Shown here piece after piece: positions 50,261-58,611 of a stretch of 64,000 nucleotides of DNA (position 1 is its first letter; every line of letters begins with the position of its first letter). A model generated the notes under the pieces. It did no database searches and was not told where the DNA came from. It was given only the letters and a program-made list of their open reading frames with translations. Where the stretch lies: IMG/VR virus record IMGVR_UViG_3300042301_003932, one strand, 5' to 3'. Both the position numbers and the translations under genes were made by a program. Origin of the DNA: a virus.

Positions 50261-52048
50261 ATGGCGATAGATAACAATGAAAGTTTAAAAAAAATTAAAT
50301 CTAAAATAAATGCCATTAAAACTGTCAAAAAAGACAAGGATCAACAACGCAAAAATAAGAAAAAAAAATTACTACAAAAATTAGACGCGAATAAAAAAGA
50401 AGCGGTAAAACAACTTAAACAATTTGAAAAGGAAGTAAAAAAACAAGCTACCGATTTATTTGAAGAATTAATTGAGGTATTTGCTCAGACTAAAGAAGAC
50501 GTACAAGACGCATACAAAGACACAAAAAAAGAATTCAACAAGAAAAAAGACGACTTTAAAAATAGAAGAAAAGAATCAAGAAAAAATTTTATAAAAAAAT
50601 TAGATCCAACTTCGGGGGACACTCTAAGCACTAAAATTCAAAGTGAATACAATTATTTTAAAACAACAGACACCTATAGAGGACTGGCAAATATTTTATT
50701 TTTATCAATACAAAACACAAAAGCAAAAATTAAAAACCTTTTAATAGAAGACATAATATCAACAATTGGGTGTTCAGAAGAACAATCATATGATAATATG
50801 ATAAACACCCCTATTTATATAAAAGTAAAAAATATTGATCTTTTTAACATTTTAAAAACTTCACCTGATGATGAGTACGGTAAATTAAATTACGAAAAAG
50901 AAATAACCACTAACGGTACCATACCATACTCAATGAATAGAGAACTATTTAATAGACTTTCATCTTATCAATCTTTTTCACAACAATATGGTCAATCATT
51001 TATTGGGGCGTCCGGACAAGAACTTTTTGATATACAATATGTTGATAATTACATTGATCAAAATAACATCCAACAGTTTGGGGACTTTTTTAAAGTAACA
51101 TTAAAAGGTCAATTAAATAATAAAACTAAAGTAAGTGATTTTCTTAATGATTATTTTGAAAGTATAGATGTTTTTAACCTATCATCGGTGATGAATATCT
51201 CTTTGTCTCAAATTTTTGGTGGGATTAATATTGGAATTAAAAGTTCAGAAGAGGAAATTAAGGCCTTAACTAAATTTCAAAAAGTTGTTAAAAGATTAAT
51301 GGGTGCGTGTACTGACCCAAGACAAAAAATAGATGTTAGCGGAACAGGAAAATTAAGTGATTTAGATTTATTAGATAATAGTTTTTTTGATGTAACAAAT
51401 TTAGAAGATGTTAATATTGAACAAACAGTCAATAGAAAAATTAATGGTCTTGTAACTTTTGAGGGGTGTGGTGAGGTTAACTTACCCGTCAATTCTCAAG
51501 CTGCGGCCTCGGTTATTAATAATGTCATAAATGAAAATAATGCAGTTTCACAAATAAATTTATTTTTTGCGGGTATTGAAGATCTTACTTCAGACCAAAA
51601 TTGGCAAACCGCTGGTTTTGGTTTAGAATTAAATTTATCTTTAAATTTAGATATAATTAAAAACTTACCTATTGCATTATTTAGGGCAATACTATCACCT
51701 AAAGTATTATTAGGGTTTTTAGTTATGATAAAATCTTTAATTACAAACACTTTAGATTTTGACGATTTATCCGATTTTTTAATTAAGTTTAAAAAATTTG
51801 TTGCAAAATTTACAAGAAATATTATTGCGATTTTTATTGAGGAACTTGCAACACAAATTAAAAAAAATATAAAACAGTTAGTAACATCTGTTTTAAATGA
51901 TATAAAAGATGAACTTTTAGATAAACAAACTAAAATGTATGTAACGATACTTGAGGCACTTTTAATTGCGGGAAAAGGTTTCTTAGACTATAGAGAGTGT
52001 AAACCGGTTATTGATGACATATTGAAGTTATTAAATTTAATTATTTAG
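50261..52048 (+). CDS. Large helical protein of the baseplate operon
   Basis: Lys-rich coiled N terminus. Upstream of the gp5-like gene. Confidence 0.6.
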   Translation: MAIDNNESLKKIKSKINAIKTVKKDKDQQRKNKKKKLLQKLDANKKEAVKQLKQFEKEVKKQATDLFEELIEVFAQTKEDVQDAYKDTKKEFNKKKDDFKNRRKESRKNFIKKLDPTSGDTLSTKIQSEYNYFKTTDTYRGLANILFLSIQNTKAKIKNLLIEDIISTIGCSEEQSYDNMINTPIYIKVKNIDLFNILKTSPDDEYGKLNYEKEITTNGTIPYSMNRELFNRLSSYQSFSQQYGQSFIGASGQELFDIQYVDNYIDQNNIQQFGDFFKVTLKGQLNNKTKVSDFLNDYFESIDVFNLSSVMNISLSQIFGGINIGIKSSEEEIKALTKFQKVVKRLMGACTDPRQKIDVSGTGKLSDLDLLDNSFFDVTNLEDVNIEQTVNRKINGLVTFEGCGEVNLPVNSQAAASVINNVINENNAVSQINLFFAGIEDLTSDQNWQTAGFGLELNLSLNLDIIKNLPIALFRAILSPKVLLGFLVMIKSLITNTLDFDDLSDFLIKFKKFVAKFTRNIIAIFIEELATQIKKNIKQLVTSVLNDIKDELLDKQTKMYVTILEALLIAGKGFLDYRECKPVIDDILKLLNLII

Positions 52049-52050
52049 TT

Positions 52051-52341
52051 ATGCCAACAGGATTACCAGGATTTGCGTTAGGGGGTTCAAAACTCCTAAG
52101 TGGAGTCTCTAACACAAGAGCATTTGCAAAAGTTATTGAAAGGTTACAAGAAGCGGGATTACCAACCGACGATAATGCGGATGGGTCGGCAAACCTAATG
52201 AACTTAGCGTTTTTTAATCTTATTGAGGGATTAAATGAAGAATGGTTTGAAAATGGAAAATCTGAAATTCTTATACCGCCACTTGTTGTAACACCGGCAG
52301 GGTTTACGGCACCAACTAAAGGATATGGAAAATCTTATTAA
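52051..52341 (+). CDS. Hypothetical protein, possible -1 frame continuation of the previous ORF
   Basis: Its frame is open from 52018. A_AAT_TTA heptamer at 52033-52039. Confidence 0.55.
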   Translation: MPTGLPGFALGGSKLLSGVSNTRAFAKVIERLQEAGLPTDDNADGSANLMNLAFFNLIEGLNEEWFENGKSEILIPPLVVTPAGFTAPTKGYGKSY

Positions 52342-52342
52342 T

Positions 52343-52546
52343 ATGAAAAATGAAGAAGTTTTAGATATTATTAAAAACTACAAAAATAGTAGTAACAAAG
52401 ATTTGATGAATGTTTTGGATTTCTTAAAAGAAGATTTTGATAAAACTAAAGAAATCATATTAAAACTAACATACCATTTGGATGGTACTGAAGACGCGTA
52501 TAATAAAATATTAGAAGAAGTTAATAACAGAACAAAAAATGTCTAA
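52343..52546 (+). CDS. Small coiled-coil protein
   Basis: MKNEEVLDII...; start chosen 1 nt after the upstream stop. Confidence 0.55.
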   Translation: MKNEEVLDIIKNYKNSSNKDLMNVLDFLKEDFDKTKEIILKLTYHLDGTEDAYNKILEEVNNRTKNV

Positions 52547-54134
52547 AATTGAAAGAATAGGATTGGGGGATGTACCACAAGAAATGTCACAAAATTTCTA
52601 TTGGGGCGAATGTGTTGACAACAGCGACCCATTAATGTTAGGTAGGGTTAGGGTTAGACCACTAGTTAAAAATATTGATCAAATTTTAAAATCAGCAGAA
52701 AAAAAAGGTTTTAGTGAAACAAGCAAAACACCTGAAAAGAATGGGCCGTGGTCAGATAAAGACCCATTGATTCATTTATCATTTCTTCCATATTTTATAA
52801 ATCAAGTACCTCAAATAGGTGAAAGAGTTATGATTTTCTATTTTGATAGAAAAAGAACAACAGGTAGAAACAAGTTTTACATGTTAGCCCCGTACTCATC
52901 TCCAATGACAATAAAAAAAGAGGACTATAACTCATCAAGAACTCATTTAGATGACGGATATCAAAATTCATTAGTTAGTTTACCAAACATAAAAAACAAT
53001 GATGGCACATATAAAGACCCTGCAAAATCAGGAGTGTTTGTTGAACCTGTGGATATTACTTTAAATGGTAGGGACTCTGCAGATGTTATTATAAAAGATA
53101 ATGAAATTTTATTAAGGGCAGGAAAACACTTTCCGTTTCAAAGAGCTGAAGTACCAACACCAAACCCAAACAGGGCGTTTTTACAATTAAGTAAGTTAGG
53201 ATTGAAAAAAGAGACGGGATCTTCTGAAAAAATTCAAAAATTCGTAGATAAAAACGAACCTGTAAAATTTTTAGTAGAGTATAGATGTTCAACACCAAAT
53301 AGTTCAGTTAATTTATTCTCCGGCGGAATTTACATTTATAAATTACCGGAAGAAAACAGTTATTTAACACAATCAAACGTTTTAGATTATGACACAGTTT
53401 TAACTGGTAAAAGTTCATATCCTTTAGTTTATGATTTTACTATTGGTCCACCTGTAAGTGACCCGTTACCTTTAGAAGAATTTGCTAAATTAATTAGTCA
53501 AACTATCAGAAATTTTCATGATGGTCCATCTGCTTTTTGTGAAGTAGATAGAAACCAACAATTTCCATTTTTTTATAGACCTGACGACTCAATTAGAAAC
53601 ACAGTTTCTAATCTATCTGAAAATGTGGATATTGTTTCTTTAACAAACATGTCACAATTGGTGAATTTAGTTAAAATATATACAACACAAATAAAACCAG
53701 GTTACGGTTTAATATATAAAGATTTTAAAACACCTTTACCATTTACTGTAACAACTGAAGAAGTAACACCGGTAACAACATCTGTTTTAGATAATACTGT
53801 TGGTATTATGGGAGCCAATAAATTGTATTTATTAAGTCACGATTCAGAAGTTCAAGGAAAAAGTAAAATAGATTTAGCAAATACAATATATGGTATAACC
53901 GCAGACACGATTTTTGATGTTATTGAGCCTAATACAACATCTATGGTTAGAGGTGAACCTTTATTAGATTTATTACAATTAATTGTTAATTTTTTAATAA
54001 CTCATGACCACCCATATCCAATGCTTCCACCAACATCGGTATCAAGAGCATCATTAATAAGTACAAACGATTTGTTAGTTAAAATGCAAGAAGCATATCA
54101 AAAAGTTTTAAATAGTAATATTCGGATTAACTAA
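52539..54134 (+). CDS. Baseplate central spike / hub (gp5/gpV-like)
   Basis: N-terminal OB-fold motif GECVDNSDPLMLGRVRVR, P.IGE.V, and C-terminal HDH (HxH metal tip). No lysozyme domain recognised. Confidence 0.8.
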   Translation: MSKIERIGLGDVPQEMSQNFYWGECVDNSDPLMLGRVRVRPLVKNIDQILKSAEKKGFSETSKTPEKNGPWSDKDPLIHLSFLPYFINQVPQIGERVMIFYFDRKRTTGRNKFYMLAPYSSPMTIKKEDYNSSRTHLDDGYQNSLVSLPNIKNNDGTYKDPAKSGVFVEPVDITLNGRDSADVIIKDNEILLRAGKHFPFQRAEVPTPNPNRAFLQLSKLGLKKETGSSEKIQKFVDKNEPVKFLVEYRCSTPNSSVNLFSGGIYIYKLPEENSYLTQSNVLDYDTVLTGKSSYPLVYDFTIGPPVSDPLPLEEFAKLISQTIRNFHDGPSAFCEVDRNQQFPFFYRPDDSIRNTVSNLSENVDIVSLTNMSQLVNLVKIYTTQIKPGYGLIYKDFKTPLPFTVTTEEVTPVTTSVLDNTVGIMGANKLYLLSHDSEVQGKSKIDLANTIYGITADTIFDVIEPNTTSMVRGEPLLDLLQLIVNFLITHDHPYPMLPPTSVSRASLISTNDLLVKMQEAYQKVLNSNIRIN

Positions 54135-54157
54135 GTATTTATTATAAAAATACTTTA

Positions 54158-55618
54158 ATGTCAATTTACCGTTCTTATTTTGATAAATCAAACACGTTAA
54201 TATATAATTCGTATACCAATACGGCAAGAAACCCAATTGTTGAATTATTTTACGGTAGGGTAAATAATTTGGCTCAACCAATAGGATATAGCCGTTATAT
54301 ATTTAACATAGATTTATCTAAACTTACTGAAAAATTTTTAGATTATACAATATCAACCGGGTGTACTAAATTTAACAACATTAGTCACACTTTAAGAATG
54401 AAAAACACATCTTTTTTTGATAAAGAACTAATAAATGATAAAACATCTCAAGGAAGAAGAAGGGCAACGTCTTTTGATTTAATTTTATTTAGAATCCCTC
54501 AGAATCAGCCATGGGATAGTGGTGTTGGTTATGATTACTACGATTTTGGTGTAACAAATTTAAATGATAGATCTTTTTCACAAAGACCATCAAATTGGTT
54601 TGAGACGTTAACTATAAGTGGTTGGACGACCCCTGGTATTTACAGTAACACAAATTCTGTCACAGGTACAGGTGTGAATTATACTGGATTAACAATTATT
54701 GATACACAACACTTTGAGTTTGGGAATGAAGATATAGAGTTTAATATGTCCAATGAAATAAACTCAATTTTAAGTGGCGGTACTACGGGTGTTACCGGTT
54801 ATGGAATTGCCTTTTTACCTCAAGTTGAAAATATTTCAGGTATGACTGAAAATTATTCGGTTGGTTTCTTTTCTCCTTATACACAAACTTTTTATGAACC
54901 ATTTTTAGAAACATCTTATGATGACTTAATAGATGATGATAGAAATAATTTTTATGGTGGTGTAAATAATAATTTATACCTGTATGTATATGAAAATGGT
55001 AACCCAATTAATTTAGACACATTACCAACAGTTGATATTTTGGATTCAAATGGTGATCCTGTGGTTGGTTTTACTGCACTTACAACTTGTTTAGTAACAA
55101 AGGGGGTTTATAAAGTTACATTATCAGGGTTCACATCAACATCAATACCGTGTTTATTTTCTGACGTATGGAAGGGTTTATCAATAAATGGCACATCTTT
55201 ATCAAACGTTGAAAATGAATTCGCAGTACTTGAAACCGCAGGAAATTATCAAATAGGAACAACTACAAGTAACCCTAAAATTTTTGGATTTTCTGTAAGT
55301 GGTATAAAACAAAATGAAAAAGTACTAAATACCGACATTAGAAAAGTAAATTTAACAATCAAACAAGCATATTCATCTAATTCTGTTTTAAATCCAGTGG
55401 AGTGTTATTATAGAATTTATGTTAGAGAAGGAGCAAATACAGAAGTACAAGTCCAAGATTGGACAAGAGTTAATAAAACACCAGATGGTTATTATTTTGT
55501 TTTTGATACAACTGATAAAATACCAAATGAATATTTTGTTGATATAAAAGTGATAACTGATAAAAACGTAGATACTTATAAAAGAGAACTACAATTTCAA
55601 ATAGTAAATAAATTATAA
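54158..55618 (+). CDS. Virion structural protein (beta-sandwich, baseplate region)
   Basis: Own TATTTAT at 54136-54142. WDSGVGYDY and P.LE..YDD motifs, Ig-like C terminus. Confidence 0.6.
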   Translation: MSIYRSYFDKSNTLIYNSYTNTARNPIVELFYGRVNNLAQPIGYSRYIFNIDLSKLTEKFLDYTISTGCTKFNNISHTLRMKNTSFFDKELINDKTSQGRRRATSFDLILFRIPQNQPWDSGVGYDYYDFGVTNLNDRSFSQRPSNWFETLTISGWTTPGIYSNTNSVTGTGVNYTGLTIIDTQHFEFGNEDIEFNMSNEINSILSGGTTGVTGYGIAFLPQVENISGMTENYSVGFFSPYTQTFYEPFLETSYDDLIDDDRNNFYGGVNNNLYLYVYENGNPINLDTLPTVDILDSNGDPVVGFTALTTCLVTKGVYKVTLSGFTSTSIPCLFSDVWKGLSINGTSLSNVENEFAVLETAGNYQIGTTTSNPKIFGFSVSGIKQNEKVLNTDIRKVNLTIKQAYSSNSVLNPVECYYRIYVREGANTEVQVQDWTRVNKTPDGYYFVFDTTDKIPNEYFVDIKVITDKNVDTYKRELQFQIVNKL

Positions 55619-55631
55619 AAAATATAAAATT

Positions 55632-57440
55632 ATGGCAAGTAACGCTCAATTATGTTACAACACAGGTACTACTACAAACGTAAACTATAACAGTGTACCA
55701 AGTATAATTATTGGTAGTTTTGTTTATGCAAATTCACCAGATTTTAAAACGTTTGGTTGTTTTGAAATTACTGATGTGGACGCCACTGGTTCCACAGTGT
55801 ATGCTCAATCAATTTATACTGATTGTTATGACTGTTTAAATAATAACTATGGTACTGTGACTTTTGATTCTTGTGATGGTACAATAAAAAGTGTTGAAGT
55901 ACCAATATCTGAATTAGGTTATTTACCAATAGTTAACGATTCTTTTTATGGTACAGTTGATGTTAATGATGGAGAAGGAGGAGAAATTCAAAGGGTTACC
56001 ACTTGCTGGCAAGTCGGATCAATACAACAATACGGTAACGAAGAAGCTTATAATCGTAGAATCTTTTCTTCAATAGTTGGTGAAGTAACATCTTACGAAG
56101 GTAGAAGTGGTTGTGAAGATTGTTTTTTAGCAAATGCAACAACTTATGAAGTTATTCGTTGTAATGAAGAGAATAGTGATTACGTTTTATTATTACCTGG
56201 ATATTCTGGAAATACAATATCATATACTGATGGTACAAATATATATTGTGGTGTTGTTAATGACCAAGCTATAGGTACTCCTGAATGGACATTTGTTTCT
56301 GATTATGGTAATCCGGGTGAAGGTGGTAATTTTTGTGAAGATTGTTTAGCAACAGAAAATCAAAAAATATTACTTGAAAGTTGTACAGACCCAAGAAATC
56401 AACTTGTTGTTTGGGCTTCAACTTTATTTGGTATTGGTGATTATTCACACCTTTCAACTGATGATGGATGTTTTAGAGTGGTAGGTCCAACGACTGAAGA
56501 AATTTCAAGCCCGTACTTTTTAAATTTTGTTCCATCGCCAGGATGTGATCCTTGTATTGAATGTAATGGTGTTGCATATGAGTATAGCACTTGTAGTGAA
56601 GAACCAATCACAGGAACTGTTTATTTGTATCAATATTTACCATCAGGTACTACTTATTTTGATCCGTATCAACAAGTCTGTACAACTATAGGTAATATTA
56701 CAACTGGTGGTGATTATACCTTATATAGTGTAAATACTTTTAATGATTGTCCTGATTGTGTCGATTATAACGCAAATATTGAATTGTGGTATGGAACTAT
56801 TTGTGAAACAGGTCAAGACATTTATGTAACAACTGTTTCATCTGCCGGATTAGCAACAGGAAACGTTGTAAAAGCAATGTGGGGTTCAAATGAATACGTT
56901 TGTGTTCAATTAGATAGTACTGTACCAGGTACAGACAGCTCAACGTGGTATGATACCAAAAAAGATAGTTTAGGAAATACTGAATTATATGATGGTTGCG
57001 GAACTTGTTTAGGTAATTCCAACATAACTGTCGGATTAATTAATTGTGATACGGACGAAGAAAGTTATGTTACAATTAGTTTAAGTAATTATCTTTCAAT
57101 TATTGGAAATGGTTTTACTTTACCAAATTATACAATTAGAGATCAAAGACAAAATTGTTATACAATTACAAGTGTATGTCCTCAACCTAGTTCAGCATCC
57201 ACTGAAAGTATGTCTGTGGCGTATTTTTTCTACAGTTGTCAGTATTGTCCAGATATAAATCAACCAAGAAGTGCAAATACTGAATACAACGCATGTGTAA
57301 TATGTTGTGATTGTGGATCAACCGGAAGTACAGTTAACTCGGTATCTACACCACATCCTATTTATACGGATGGATATAATAACCCTATAATGCAATTAAA
57401 CATGGTTGTATTAGGAGGACCAAATGGTTTAAATAGTTAA
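55632..57440 (+). CDS. Cys-rich repeat protein with multiple CxxC motifs, probably structural
   Basis: CYDC, CEDC (twice), CDPCIEC, CPDC, CGTC, CQYC, CVICCDC. Confidence 0.7.
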   Translation: MASNAQLCYNTGTTTNVNYNSVPSIIIGSFVYANSPDFKTFGCFEITDVDATGSTVYAQSIYTDCYDCLNNNYGTVTFDSCDGTIKSVEVPISELGYLPIVNDSFYGTVDVNDGEGGEIQRVTTCWQVGSIQQYGNEEAYNRRIFSSIVGEVTSYEGRSGCEDCFLANATTYEVIRCNEENSDYVLLLPGYSGNTISYTDGTNIYCGVVNDQAIGTPEWTFVSDYGNPGEGGNFCEDCLATENQKILLESCTDPRNQLVVWASTLFGIGDYSHLSTDDGCFRVVGPTTEEISSPYFLNFVPSPGCDPCIECNGVAYEYSTCSEEPITGTVYLYQYLPSGTTYFDPYQQVCTTIGNITTGGDYTLYSVNTFNDCPDCVDYNANIELWYGTICETGQDIYVTTVSSAGLATGNVVKAMWGSNEYVCVQLDSTVPGTDSSTWYDTKKDSLGNTELYDGCGTCLGNSNITVGLINCDTDEESYVTISLSNYLSIIGNGFTLPNYTIRDQRQNCYTITSVCPQPSSASTESMSVAYFFYSCQYCPDINQPRSANTEYNACVICCDCGSTGSTVNSVSTPHPIYTDGYNNPIMQLNMVVLGGPNGLNS

Positions 57441-57443
57441 AAA

Positions 57444-57887
57444 ATGAATATCAGTAGAATAATAAAAAGAGTATTAAGAGAAGAAGAAAAAAAACATTCA
57501 AGTAGATATATGTTCTTTTCAAATCTTGAACAAATGAAGAGACAGTGTGAAATGTTATTGGATATGGATCAAGATGAAATTGAGTCTATTTTAGAAAACG
57601 GACATGATTGGGCCCAAGACCATATCTCTGAAGCTAAAAATAATATGGACCAAGTTTTTGATTTTTTAAAAAATGAAATGGAAGGTGGTAGTGATTATGA
57701 AGAAGATATGATTGAAGAAGGTCGTAAAAAAACGGGAACTAAATTATGTGCTAGAGGTAAAGCGGCGGCTAAATCAAGATATGATGTATTTCCAAGTGCA
57801 TATAGTAATGGTCACGGTGTACAAGTTTGTAAAGGAAAAATTAAAGGACTGGACGGTAAAAGAAGATGTTCACCACCATATTGTTAA
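57444..57887 (+). CDS. Protein with leader, acidic helix and basic PSAY domain (DUF5872-like N-half)
   Basis: MNISRIIKRVLREE; HDWAQDHI; LCARGKAAAKSRYDVFPSAYSNG..VQVCKG. Confidence 0.65.
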   Translation: MNISRIIKRVLREEEKKHSSRYMFFSNLEQMKRQCEMLLDMDQDEIESILENGHDWAQDHISEAKNNMDQVFDFLKNEMEGGSDYEEDMIEEGRKKTGTKLCARGKAAAKSRYDVFPSAYSNGHGVQVCKGKIKGLDGKRRCSPPYC

Positions 57888-58594
57888 AGACCTGATAAAA
57901 TATTTCTTACAATGATATCTAAAGACTCTTTTTGAGTCTTTTTTGTTTTATAAGAGGTCATTACAGGTTTTTGCCCCTTACCTGACTGAGTATCTTTTTT
58001 CTCCGCTCTTCTTTTTTGTTGACATGCAGATCTTTTTTGTGAATCAGACATTTTGCCAGCAACACCAGCGGCTCTACATTTAGGATACGCACCTTTACTA
58101 GTGTCACTTCTACCACAAGGAGGATGTTTACCATCAACTTTTCTACATATATCCACCCACGGCCCTTTTGGTTGTGACGATCCTTTTGGCTTTTTCTTTT
58201 TTCCAAACCAAACGGCTAAATCTTCATTTAATGGTATTTTATCTAATTCAACCCATTCATTAACAGGAACAATTCTTTTACCTTTACCTGGTGTTTGATT
58301 AATAATTCCACCATCTTCATCATTTGCTTGAGGATGTTTTTTATTGTATTTAGAAATTTTACGAGATTTTGTTTCTAATTTTTTTCTATCTTTTTTATGT
58401 GAGTCCAAAGAACCATCATAACTATCATACTCTAGCTCAGCATTAAAAAATTTTGAAACTTTATTTGTAAAAGGACCTAAAGAGGATTTTTCCCAATCAA
58501 TTTCACCCATTGTTAATGGTCCATTATAATAACCTGCATATCTGTCAGAATTTGCCTCTTTCAATATGTTTTTAACAATTAAATTAATATTCAT
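57884..58594 (-). CDS. Basic Cys-containing protein (DUF5872-like C-half)
   Basis: EDLAVWF...WVDIC...PCGR...YPKCR...KRRAE. TATTTAT at 58603-58609. Confidence 0.65.
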   Translation of the reverse strand: MNINLIVKNILKEANSDRYAGYYNGPLTMGEIDWEKSSLGPFTNKVSKFFNAELEYDSYDGSLDSHKKDRKKLETKSRKISKYNKKHPQANDEDGGIINQTPGKGKRIVPVNEWVELDKIPLNEDLAVWFGKKKKPKGSSQPKGPWVDICRKVDGKHPPCGRSDTSKGAYPKCRAAGVAGKMSDSQKRSACQQKRRAEKKDTQSGKGQKPVMTSYKTKKTQKESLDIIVRNILSGL

Positions 58595-58611
58595 AACTTA
58601 ATATAAATATC

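Noticed and set aside
50255-50263. TAG-TTT-ATG in-frame junction suggesting amber readthrough or TAG recoding (code 15)
   Set aside because: All core genes are full length under the standard code, coding density is high, and TAG ends several genes cleanly. No suppressor tRNA was seen.
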